This document shows, one piece after another, positions 10,743-19,255 of a stretch of 64,000 nucleotides of DNA. How positions within the stretch are numbered: the first letter of the stretch is position 1; every line of letters starts with the position of its first letter. Position numbers and translations under genes: made by a program. This DNA is from Chloroflexota bacterium. GTDB lineage: Bacteria; Chloroflexota; Anaerolineae; J102. The notes under the pieces were generated by a model, which saw only the letters and a list, made by a program, of their open reading frames with translations, did not search any database and was not told where the DNA came from. Where the stretch lies: NCBI GenBank assembly GCA_013151415.1, contig JAADII010000169.1:2545-66544 (forward strand). The letters are read 5' to 3'.

Positions 10743-13241
10743 ATGAACGGGTCACAAGAATCGCTCTACGATATATTCATCTCTTATGCGCAGGCCGATC
10801 GCGCCTGGGTGGAAGGGTACTTGATCGACGCGTTGGAATCGGCCGGCGCGCGCGTGCTTTCGGAAGAGACGTTTCGCTTGGGCGCGCCGCGTATTCTTGA
10901 ATTCGAGCGGGCCCTCCAGCAAAGCCATCGCGTGTTGCTTGTGCTATCACCCGCTTATTTCGCCGCGGATTTCCAACGCTTCTTTGATATTCTCGCCCAA
11001 AGCTATGGCGCAGAAACCGGCGCGTGGCCGGTCATTCCCCTCATTCTGCATCCGGTGGACTTGCCTCCGCGGCTGGCGCAGCTCGTGGCGTTGGACGCCA
11101 GCGAGCCGGAACGTTGGGAAGAGGTGGTGGCCGCTCTATTGCGCGACCTGAAACGCCCGCGGCCCGCGGCCCCAAAAATCCCGCCTTGCCCCTATCCTGG
11201 CATGGCTCCATTCACCGAAGCCGACAGCAAGCATTTTTTTGGCCGTGAGCGCGAAATCGAAGAATCGGTTCAGCGCCTACGCGTCCATCCTTTCCTGGCC
11301 ATCATCGGCCCTTCGGGCTGTGGAAAATCCTCTCTGGTCTTTGCAGGGTTGTTGCCTGCGTTGCGCCAAAGCTCTCTATTTGGCAAGGGCGAGTGGCTGG
11401 TGCGCACCCTTCGCCCGGGGGAAACGCCTCACAGCGCGTTGCAAGCCCTGCTCGCCGACATCCCGTCGCCTGGCGAGCGCGGCCCTTTTCTGCTGGTGGT
11501 GGATCAGTTCGAGGAAACCTTCACCCTGGCCGGAGATGAGCGGACGGCATTTCAGAATGCGCTTCTCGCTCTCATCGGCCAACCCAACGCCTACCTGACG
11601 ATCACCGTTCGGGCGGACTTCTATCCTGACCTGATGACTTCGCCGCTTTGGCGAGAGATTCAGGCCCATCGCCTGGAAGTGCCGCCTTTGGGCGAAGAGG
11701 GACTTCGAGAAGCCATTGTGCGGCCGGCCGAAAGCGTGGGCGTGTATGTCGAATCAGCCCTGGTGGAGCGGTTGGTGGCCGATGCGGCCGGCGAACCGGG
11801 CATCCTTCCCTTCGTTCAAGAGACGCTGGTCTTGCTATGGGACAAACTCGAGCGTCGATTTCTCCCCCTACGCGCGTATGAAGCTTTGGTTATGCCGCGT
11901 AAAGCTTATGGCCAGCCGCCTTTGATCGGTTTGCAAGCGGCCATGGCCCGCCGCGCTGAAGCGGCGTTCTCGACGCTCACGACCGAACAACAACGCATCG
12001 CGCGGCGCATGTTCCTACGCCTCATTCAGTTTGGCGAGGGTCGCTCGCATACGCGTCGTCGGCAGCCGGTCGCCGCGCTTCTGGCGGCAGAGGACGACCC
12101 ACTCCAGGTGGAAGCCACCCTCGCTCATTTGACGCAAGCCCGTCTCATCACCTTGAGCGGCGAAAGGGAGGGGCGGATGCGCATGGCGGACCTGGCGCAC
12201 GAGGCCCTGATCGAAGGCTGGCCCAGACTGGCTGCATGGGTGCAAGCGCACAAAATGGCCGAAATGGAGCGCCGACGACTGAGGGCCCTGGCCCAACGCT
12301 GGCTCGATCTCCATCGTCGGGGAGGATTGCTGGATGAGACCGAGCTTATCCTGGCCCAACGTTGGCTGACGAGTCAGGCCGCGAAAGATGTGGGCGTGGA
12401 TGCGGCCATCCTCGAATTTGTCCGGGCCAGCGAAGCCGAGCTGAAACGACGAAAACGAATGCGTTGGCTGCGACCGCTCGCGGCGGTCATGGCGGTCATG
12501 CTATTGGCGGCGTCGGGCTTTCTGGCCTATCGGGGCTTTCTGAAGGCGCAAACTCTGCGCGCCAGCCCAATGGTGCAGTTCGATGCTGGTGAAGCTATCA
12601 TCGGAACCGACGATCCCTTGGCCGAAGCGTGGGAGCGTCCCCAACGCAGCGTGCGTCTGGAGGGATTTGCTCTGGAGAAATATGAAGTCAGCAATCGTCT
12701 TTACCGCAATTGCGTGCGAGCCGGGGCGTGTGATGAACCCAAATCTGACCTGGAGCGTTACCAAAACGCTCAATATGCGCTTCACCCTGTTGTGGGCGTA
12801 ACGCCGCGACAGGCCCAGCAATATTGCCAATGGTTGGGGCGGCGCTTGCCCACATCGGTGGAATGGGAGCGGGCCGCCAGGGGCGCCAACGGTCGCGCCT
12901 GGCCATGGGGCGATGAAGCGCCTCGGCCAAATCAAGTGCGCATGCCTGTTCCCATAGACGCGCCGCCTTTGCCCGGGCCCATCGCGGTCACATCGGGCGA
13001 GCAGTCGGGCGTTTCACGCGAAGGCCTGCATCACCTCGCGGGCAATGTATGGGAGTTTGTGGTCCTGGTGGATGAAAACTGTCAGGGCCTTGAATGCCAT
13101 CAACCAAAGGCTTCGAACTGGCGGCCGGCCATCATGGGCGGAAGCTATGAATCCTCTATTATGCGCATCACCACTTTTTATACAATTGGCATCGAATCGA
13201 GCAGTCCGGAGTACGGTTTCCGCTGCGCTCAGCTCGAATGA
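10743..13241 (+). CDS. TIR domain - STAND/NACHT-like NTPase - transmembrane helix - FGE/sulfatase-modifying-factor-like domain protein
   Basis: Start is the ATG at 10743 with AAGGGGG 15 nt upstream; ORF-max is 10527. TIR: YDIFISYAQADRAWVEGYL. NTPase: FFGREREIEE..IIGPSGCGKSS (Walker A) and LLVVDQFEE (Walker B). TM: KRRKRMRWLRPLAAVMAVMLLAASGFLAYRGF. C-terminal FGE fold: GFALEKYEVSN..YR.., PVVGVTPRQAQQYCQWLGRRLPTSVEWERAARG, MGGSYESS...EYGFRCAQ. Confidence 0.8.
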   Translation: MNGSQESLYDIFISYAQADRAWVEGYLIDALESAGARVLSEETFRLGAPRILEFERALQQSHRVLLVLSPAYFAADFQRFFDILAQSYGAETGAWPVIPLILHPVDLPPRLAQLVALDASEPERWEEVVAALLRDLKRPRPAAPKIPPCPYPGMAPFTEADSKHFFGREREIEESVQRLRVHPFLAIIGPSGCGKSSLVFAGLLPALRQSSLFGKGEWLVRTLRPGETPHSALQALLADIPSPGERGPFLLVVDQFEETFTLAGDERTAFQNALLALIGQPNAYLTITVRADFYPDLMTSPLWREIQAHRLEVPPLGEEGLREAIVRPAESVGVYVESALVERLVADAAGEPGILPFVQETLVLLWDKLERRFLPLRAYEALVMPRKAYGQPPLIGLQAAMARRAEAAFSTLTTEQQRIARRMFLRLIQFGEGRSHTRRRQPVAALLAAEDDPLQVEATLAHLTQARLITLSGEREGRMRMADLAHEALIEGWPRLAAWVQAHKMAEMERRRLRALAQRWLDLHRRGGLLDETELILAQRWLTSQAAKDVGVDAAILEFVRASEAELKRRKRMRWLRPLAAVMAVMLLAASGFLAYRGFLKAQTLRASPMVQFDAGEAIIGTDDPLAEAWERPQRSVRLEGFALEKYEVSNRLYRNCVRAGACDEPKSDLERYQNAQYALHPVVGVTPRQAQQYCQWLGRRLPTSVEWERAARGANGRAWPWGDEAPRPNQVRMPVPIDAPPLPGPIAVTSGEQSGVSREGLHHLAGNVWEFVVLVDENCQGLECHQPKASNWRPAIMGGSYESSIMRITTFYTIGIESSSPEYGFRCAQLE

Positions 13242-13414
13242 CTATTTGAGCTCGGTGAAAATCATTTTGCCCGCCTTTTTTACGCCATTTTTGCATACGA
13301 ATTGAGTGGATTTGGCGCATGTCTCCCTTTTTCTGTGCGACAAATCGCCACCGCGACCTCTGTGGTCGAAGCCGGTGACGTTCTTTTACATTATGAAAAG
13401 AAGGAGGTGGAATC

Positions 13415-14506
13415 ATGAAACGCCCTTTAGTTGTCGCGGTGATCATCGTGACGGCGCTCCTCGTGGCATTGTTTTTCTGCGGTCTTTTTTCATCGCGGCC
13501 GCCCACGAAACAGCCTTCAAAGGTTTCTCTATCTTCTCTCGACCAAAACGCGCCCCCGGACAAGCCTTCGCCCACGCCCTGCAACGAACCATTGCCTGAA
13601 CTCTGCCCTGATTGGACGCCCGATCCCCAAGTGGCGGAAAGCATCGGCTCTTTTCCCGAAATCACGCACGAACTTTGTCCTCCGGACGCCGAGGCGACTC
13701 AAAAACCGATCTTTACAAACGAGGTGGTCTTTCGAGAAGGCAAATTCGTGCGACCGGGCAATTTCATCAACGAACAAGGAGAGCTTTTCAGCATTATCGT
13801 CAGTGGTGCAGATGAAATGAGCGTGCGTCAATACACCGACAACATGCTTATGTGCGCTGACGCATTTTTCGCAGACCAGGCGTCGCCAGCCAAACCAGAC
13901 GAGTTGGACGAGTTCGCCGCGAATTCGTTGGATGCCTTGCTCGCCATGCCCGAATCGCTGCTTATCGAGATCGATTACATTGCGCAGAGCGGCGTGACAA
14001 CGCCAGACGCGGAGAAGCTGCTCTATGCAATGGCCGCGCAAAATGTTTCCGTCCCTCCCTTGCCTTTGGCGGATTTCCAGAATCAACCCGACCCACTAAT
14101 CGTGCAATTGGAGCTTACTCTAGCCGATGAGGTGTTCTTGGAATTCCAAACCGATCGAATCGTCGATTTCATCATCGATCCCGCTATCAACCGCGCCGTG
14201 TATCATAATTATCGCTCAAAATGCCAGATGAGGGCTCGGGTGACCGTGCGCATGGCCGAATCGCAGGGCGCGGGCAGTGTGTCGGCCCTTCTCTACCGAA
14301 ATGGATTTCCCGTACAGAGTCGCATATTGAACAAAGACGAAGGGATCGTCAAGGCGACCTTGCGTCATTCCAGTGCGCCCCAGCACACCACCTACGATTT
14401 TGGCGTTTACGGGCGTCGAAACCAAAGCCGTTATCGCATTAGCGGATCGTGGGTCAAATCCTACAATGCCTCGGTGCCCTCGGGCGGCGGCTCGGTGTGC
14501 CCCTAG
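13415..14506 (+). CDS. Hypothetical secreted/membrane-anchored protein
   Basis: A strong RBS (GAAGGAGGTGG) precedes it. An N-terminal TM/signal segment (VVAVIIVTALLVALFFCGLF) is followed by a Pro-rich linker. No recognisable catalytic motif. Confidence 0.5.
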   Translation: MKRPLVVAVIIVTALLVALFFCGLFSSRPPTKQPSKVSLSSLDQNAPPDKPSPTPCNEPLPELCPDWTPDPQVAESIGSFPEITHELCPPDAEATQKPIFTNEVVFREGKFVRPGNFINEQGELFSIIVSGADEMSVRQYTDNMLMCADAFFADQASPAKPDELDEFAANSLDALLAMPESLLIEIDYIAQSGVTTPDAEKLLYAMAAQNVSVPPLPLADFQNQPDPLIVQLELTLADEVFLEFQTDRIVDFIIDPAINRAVYHNYRSKCQMRARVTVRMAESQGAGSVSALLYRNGFPVQSRILNKDEGIVKATLRHSSAPQHTTYDFGVYGRRNQSRYRISGSWVKSYNASVPSGGGSVCP

Positions 14507-14612
14507 GCAAGAATGTGATTTTCTTTCCCCTTTGCGCTTTGGCGAGAGCTCTCTGTTTTTCGACACCGAAATCAATCTGTAAAACCCGTGGTCTATTCTT
14601 AAAAACAACGGC

Positions 14613-15371
14613 ATGGTCATGAACGAATCGACAGCTTTACGAACCGAACTGAATGAGCAAAAAGCGTTCAAGCAAAAGCTGGAGCGCGAGAAGCTGACCG
14701 CGGGCGCGGTGGAACGCGCGCGCATCGAGATCGAGATCGAACGCGCCGACAAGCGCATTCGCGAGCTCGAGTGGGCTCTGGACGCGCTGGCCGAGGAACG
14801 AGAACGGATGCAGCAAAAGGACAAGGACAAAGAGAAAACCCCGGGCGGGGAAATCACGCGGAAGCGCGAAAAAGCTGCTCGAAGCAATGCTCATGTCTAT
14901 GACGTTTATATCAGCTTCGCGGAAACCGAACCGGATGCGCGTTGGGTGTGGGAGACCCTCATTCCGCGGCTGGAAGCAGAAGGTTTGCAAGTGGCTGTGG
15001 CCGAGGACGTGGTGAGGCCGGGCGTGGCCAGGGTGACCGGGGTCGAACAGGGCGTGCGCGAGGCGCGGCGCACGCTCATTGTGCTGACGCGACATTATAT
15101 CGACAATCGCTGGGCGCAGTTCGATAGTATCCTGGCCCAAACCCTTGGCTGGCAAGAAGGCGCGGCCCGCGTGATCCCCGTTCTGTTGGAAAGCATCGAT
15201 CTCGACCATCCTCCAGCCTGGATCCCCCATCGCCTCGGCCCCAATTTCGTTCGCCCCATCGATCTGAGTCCGCAGGCAATCGCCAGGGGACGATCCAATC
15301 CTCGCCGCGACCCCTGGCGCCGTCTTGTGGAAACGCTGAAATCGCCTTTACAGCCGCTTTTCAAGCCTTGA
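14613..15371 (+). CDS. Coiled-coil - TIR domain protein
   Basis: An N-terminal charged coiled coil (about 90 aa, EREKL...EIEIERADKRIRELEWALDALAEERERMQQ) is followed by a TIR_2-like domain (YDVYISFAETEPDARWVWETL...RTLIVLTRHYIDNRWAQFDSILAQ). Confidence 0.6.
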   Translation: MVMNESTALRTELNEQKAFKQKLEREKLTAGAVERARIEIEIERADKRIRELEWALDALAEERERMQQKDKDKEKTPGGEITRKREKAARSNAHVYDVYISFAETEPDARWVWETLIPRLEAEGLQVAVAEDVVRPGVARVTGVEQGVREARRTLIVLTRHYIDNRWAQFDSILAQTLGWQEGAARVIPVLLESIDLDHPPAWIPHRLGPNFVRPIDLSPQAIARGRSNPRRDPWRRLVETLKSPLQPLFKP

Positions 15372-15385
15372 ATCATTCATTTATC

Positions 15386-16042
15386 ATGGGCGCTCGATCT
15401 CTCAGGACATATGTGCTTTTGAAAAACGCCGCGAATGTGGGATTGTGTTTCGAGCATCCCCCTTGGTGGGATGTGAGTCGGTTGGTCGCGCCGCTTCCCC
15501 ACCGTCGCGTAACGTTGTCGCCCGATGACCGAAGCGCATGGCTCCTTTCTTGGGCGCATCTTCTCACCTGGAGCAAACAACAAGGCCAGTGGGTTGAGAA
15601 TGTCCCTTATATGAAAGCGCCATGCGAAGCGAGCTCGCAGGAGCGACGCGGCGTGCTGCGCGCCTTGCGGCAGGCCGAGTGGCTCGTCATCGATCAGGAG
15701 CGGGTCTGGGTTATCCCAAAGGAGCCGGGCGAGGCTTGCCGCATATTCGAAGGTCCGTCCTGGTGGAGCGCGCTCGCGGCCGAACACCTGGACCTACTCT
15801 CGCAGCGTCGCATCGATGTGAACAACCCGCTCTGGGTGGATTATGTGTATCTGTTCACGCCTGAAGAGGCCCTGACCATCGACGCCGCGGCCCGGGAGCG
15901 CTGGAAAGCTTATTGTCGCGAGGTCTATTCTCGGAAGCTGACCCGGCATGAGATCAGCGAAATGGCCCGATTCAAACAGGCGCTGCAACAGGCGGTCTGG
16001 GTGACGCTTTATGACTACGAATGGGAATCCGGGCTGGCGTGA
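15386..16042 (+). CDS. Hypothetical protein, Trp-rich, no recognisable domain
   Basis: It begins 14 nt after the TIR gene stop (or overlaps it from a TTG at 15368). Codon usage looks coding. Start and authenticity are uncertain. Confidence 0.4.
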   Translation: MGARSLRTYVLLKNAANVGLCFEHPPWWDVSRLVAPLPHRRVTLSPDDRSAWLLSWAHLLTWSKQQGQWVENVPYMKAPCEASSQERRGVLRALRQAEWLVIDQERVWVIPKEPGEACRIFEGPSWWSALAAEHLDLLSQRRIDVNNPLWVDYVYLFTPEEALTIDAAARERWKAYCREVYSRKLTRHEISEMARFKQALQQAVWVTLYDYEWESGLA

Positions 16043-16149
16043 ACCTGTTGTTTGTGTGGCCAGCGCATGACGGAGATGAACGAAGCGACCATCGTCGAGT
16101 TAGAGGCAATCCCGCCCGAAACCAAGCAAAAGTCGGAGAGCACGCAACC

Positions 16150-16821
16150 ATGACCACAGTACGCGAACAAGCGCTCACCTGTGCGGTGTGCGGACACACC
16201 GAGAAGCACACCGTGCTTGTTTCCTCGAGCGCATTTGGCGCGTCCGATCTGGACACGCGGCCGCCGCCATTGATGCGATTTACATTGCCCTTTCAGATTC
16301 AATGTTGCCCCGCATGCGGGTATTGTGCGCCCAATATATCCCATGCGCCGGATCGCGATATCGCGGCCTCGATTGTGCTGAGCAAGGACTACCAGGCTCA
16401 GCTAAGGGACGCGGAGCTTCCCTATCTGGCGAGCATGTTTCTATGCGCGAGCGACATCCAGAAAGCATTGGGAAACGATGCGGATGCAGGATGGTTCGCG
16501 CTTCGCGCCGCGTGGGTCTGCGATGATGAGGAGCGCGATCAGGGGGCGAGGCAATGCCGGCTGCGAGCCGTGGAGCGATTCACCCAAGCGCGCGAGCGCG
16601 GCCAGCCATTCGCGGACCAACCAGGCGCAGAAGAAGCTATTCTCACCGACCTGTTGCGTCGTAGCGGTCGTTTCGACGAAGCCACGGCCATGATCCGGCG
16701 CGGCCTGGCGCGAACGCCCGAGGACGTGATTCGCGAGGCGCTTCTGTTCCAACGCGCGTTGTGTGAACAAAGGGATGTGGCGCGCCATACTTTGGACGAA
16801 GTGTTGAAGGGTGATGCGTGA
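16150..16821 (+). CDS. Hypothetical zinc-ribbon protein (CxxC...CPxC) with helical C-terminal region
   Basis: The ATG at 16150 has a GGAGAG RBS. It carries CAVCGH...CCPACGYC. Its stop overlaps the prmC start region. Confidence 0.45.
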   Translation: MTTVREQALTCAVCGHTEKHTVLVSSSAFGASDLDTRPPPLMRFTLPFQIQCCPACGYCAPNISHAPDRDIAASIVLSKDYQAQLRDAELPYLASMFLCASDIQKALGNDADAGWFALRAAWVCDDEERDQGARQCRLRAVERFTQARERGQPFADQPGAEEAILTDLLRRSGRFDEATAMIRRGLARTPEDVIREALLFQRALCEQRDVARHTLDEVLKGDA

Positions 16822-16823
16822 CC

Positions 16824-17682
16824 ATGTCATTCACCATTGAACGGATGATCCGCAAAGCCGCGGTCCGGCTGCGCGACGCGGGCGTGGATTCCCCGCGGCT
16901 GGATGCAGAGCTGCTCATGGCTCATGTGTTGGGCCGCGACCGGGCATACCTGCTGGCCCATCCCGAGGAGCCTCTCTCGCCCGAACAACTGGCCCGCTTC
17001 GAGGAGTTGCTCGCGCGACGCGCGGCCCGCGAACCCCTGGCCTACATCATCGGCAAACGCTGGTTTTATGGGCTCGAGTTCATGGTCGAACCGGGCGCGC
17101 TCATTCCCCGGCCCGAAACCGAGCTGTTGGTGGAGCTGGCGCTGGCATGGCTGGCGAAGCGTCGCGAGCGCGAAATCCTGCGAGTGGCCGATGTGGGAAC
17201 CGGAAGCGGGGCCATCGCGGTGAGCCTGGCCGTGCACGCGGCCGCGCATGTGCAGATCGCGGCGCTGGACGCGTCGCCTGAGGCCTTGCGCCTGGCCCGC
17301 GTCAACGCGCAACGACATCGCGGCGGCGCGCATCCGTTTTGTGCAGAGCGATTTGCTGCAGGCCGTGGACGGGCGATTCGACCTCATCGCGGCCAATCTG
17401 CCTTACATCCCCACGGCCGACCTGGCCGGCCTGATGCCCGAGGTGCGGGACTATGAGCCGCGCGCGGCCTTGGACGGCGGGCCGGACGGGCTGCGCGTCA
17501 TCGAGCGGCTTTTGGCCCAGGCGCCTGCGCACATGCAACCGGAAGCCGCGCTCTTGCTGGAAATCGGGCATGGTCAGGGCGAGGCCGCGGCCGCACTCGC
17601 GCGGCGCTATTTCCCCCGCGCGCATATCGCCATCCACCCCGACCTGGCCGGCCGCGAGCGGGTGCTGGGGATTATGTCCTAA
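16824..17682 (+). pseudogene. prmC: Release-factor glutamine methyltransferase PrmC/HemK, apparently frameshifted
   Basis: The N-terminal part (VADVGTGSGAIAVSLA SAM motif) is in frame 0 up to about 17320. The C-terminal part (RIRFVQSDLL...NLPYIP NPPY-type motif) continues in the +1 frame as ORF 17248..17682. The junction lies in the GC run cgcggcggcgcgc near 17315-17330. Confidence 0.65.
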
Positions 17683-17737
17683 CGCGGTTTTAGGTCTCCA
17701 ACTTCTGGCCCTCCCGGCCGTTGTTCTTGATCCGACC

Positions 17738-17777
17738 GGACGACGGGACGATGGACGATGGGACGATGGTTGGTCTT
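17738..17777. repeat. REP-like repeat cluster (GGACGATGG x3)
   Basis: cggacgacgggacgatggacgatgggacgatgg. The same core recurs at 21328, 23337, 35526, 42868, 45040 and 47441. Confidence 0.6.
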
Positions 17778-17798
17778 CTGTAACGATGGCCAGCTGGG

Positions 17799-17995
17799 AT
17801 AATGACAGCGAATGGGAAATGACAACGAATTGAGGGGCGCCAGGCGTCAGGGGGGATGGAATGCATGTGGTGGCGAGGGTCTTGTTGGGGCAGGATTTGC
17901 GCGGGGTGGAAATGACAACGAATGAGAAATGACAGCGAATTGGGGCTCGCGGGGGGTGAGGTTTGGGGGGATGGAATGCGCGTGATGACGGTGGC
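17799..17995. repeat. Imperfect tandem duplication (about 100-bp unit) containing the AATGACA(A/G)CGAAT motif x4
   Basis: Each unit is [AATGACAGCGAAT..GAAATGACAACGAAT..G-rich..GGGGGGATGGAATGC(A/G)]. The exact 15-mer GAAATGACAACGAAT also occurs at about 44497 and 44737. Confidence 0.6.
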
Positions 17996-18252
17996 CTGAA
18001 TGAAGAATGGGAGATGAACCAATGGCTTGAGTTACTTTTTTGGCCCGCAATTCTGATGGTCTCGATTTGCACACGCGGGGCGTGAAAGTTGGCGATCATC
18101 CCCAATGGATCATCGAAAGATCCGGAGGAGCCTGTCTTGATGGTGAGATCGGTTCGTCCGTATGCTCACCGGCGTAGTTGGGAATGCGTTTGTATTTCAA
18201 CCTCGATCCGCCAAAGTTGACCAAAATGCCCAATTTGCTGTCCTCCCTCCCG

Positions 18253-18281
18253 CTTGCCTCCTCCCCCATCACCCCTTACAA
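18253..18281 (+). promoter_or_regulatory. Candidate promoter TTGCCT-17-TACAAT upstream of the HAD/sugar-dehydrogenase operon
   Basis: Read directly. It would give an unusually long (150-nt) leader, which contains a (GCAAGT)x3 run. Confidence 0.25.
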
Positions 18282-18436
18282 TAACCGGACACCAACAACC
18301 AACGGTAAACGATGAATCGCAAGTGGCAAGTCGCAAGTTCTCTTCATCACCCCCCAACCTGCGACTGATTACCGAAAACTGCTCACTGACTACTAAATCT
18401 TGGTTGCGGCCAGGCCGCCATACGCCCTAACCACCT

Positions 18437-19243
18437 ATGTTCATCCGACTCATTGCCTGTGATCTCGACGGAACGCTCGCAACCCGCGACGGGTTCATCC
18501 ATCCCGAATCCATCGCCGCGTTGCAACAAGCGCGCGAACAAGGCATTCTCGTGGTGCTGGCCACGGGTCGCCTTCCCCTAACGCTAGGCCATTATCTCGA
18601 TCAGCTTGGCGTCACCAACGAACCCATCATCGCCGCGCAAGGCGCGCTCATCGCCTATCGCGACGGTCGCGTATTGCGCCGTCTGACCTTGCCGGCCGAG
18701 GTCGCGCGCGAGGCCGCGCGGCTGGCCAAACCGCTGGGCGCGGGCATGGCCTATTTCACCGAAAACCACATCCTGGTGGATAGCTACGTATTCTCGCCCG
18801 ACCAATATACGCTCTGGTTTGGCGCCTGGGCCGAACTGCAACCCAACGCGCTCACGCAGCTCAACGACCGTCTCATCAAATTCATGGCCATCCATGCGGA
18901 TGAAACCGCCGTTCCCCGACTTTTGGAAACGCTTCGGGAGGGGCTTCGCGACCGCGCTCACGTCACGCGCTCGTGGCATCACTTTGTCGAAGGCGCCGCG
19001 CCGGGCGCGGACAAAGGCTCGGCCCTCGCCTGGCTATGCGAACAACTGAACATCCGCCGCGAAGAGGTGCTGGCCATTGGCGACGGCGGCAACGATGTGA
19101 CCATGCTGCAATGGGCCGGATTCAGCGCCGCGCCGGCCGATGGCGACCCTTCGGCCCTGGCTGTGGCGCAATGGATCGCGCCGCCCATCGACAAGCGCCC
19201 CCTGGCCAAAGCCCTGGCCCATTTTCTGCATTGGGAATCGTGA
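18437..19243 (+). CDS. Cof-type HAD-IIB family hydrolase
   Basis: DLDGTL motif I, GDGGNDV motif. 268 aa. Confidence 0.75.
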   Translation: MFIRLIACDLDGTLATRDGFIHPESIAALQQAREQGILVVLATGRLPLTLGHYLDQLGVTNEPIIAAQGALIAYRDGRVLRRLTLPAEVAREAARLAKPLGAGMAYFTENHILVDSYVFSPDQYTLWFGAWAELQPNALTQLNDRLIKFMAIHADETAVPRLLETLREGLRDRAHVTRSWHHFVEGAAPGADKGSALAWLCEQLNIRREEVLAIGDGGNDVTMLQWAGFSAAPADGDPSALAVAQWIAPPIDKRPLAKALAHFLHWES

Positions 19244-19255
19244 ACATGAAAATCG

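Noticed and set aside
18140-18180. Possible tRNA-like stem in the 17.7-18.4 kb gap
   Set aside because: Only a single 6-bp stem (GGTGAG...GCTCACC). There is no cloverleaf or T-loop consensus, and no tRNA or rRNA was found anywhere in the window.
18973-19255. N-terminal extension of the sugar dehydrogenase ORF overlapping the HAD gene
   Set aside because: A signal peptide and start (MKIVL) are evident at 19256. The extension is Arg-rich and reads through the HAD gene 3-prime end in another frame.
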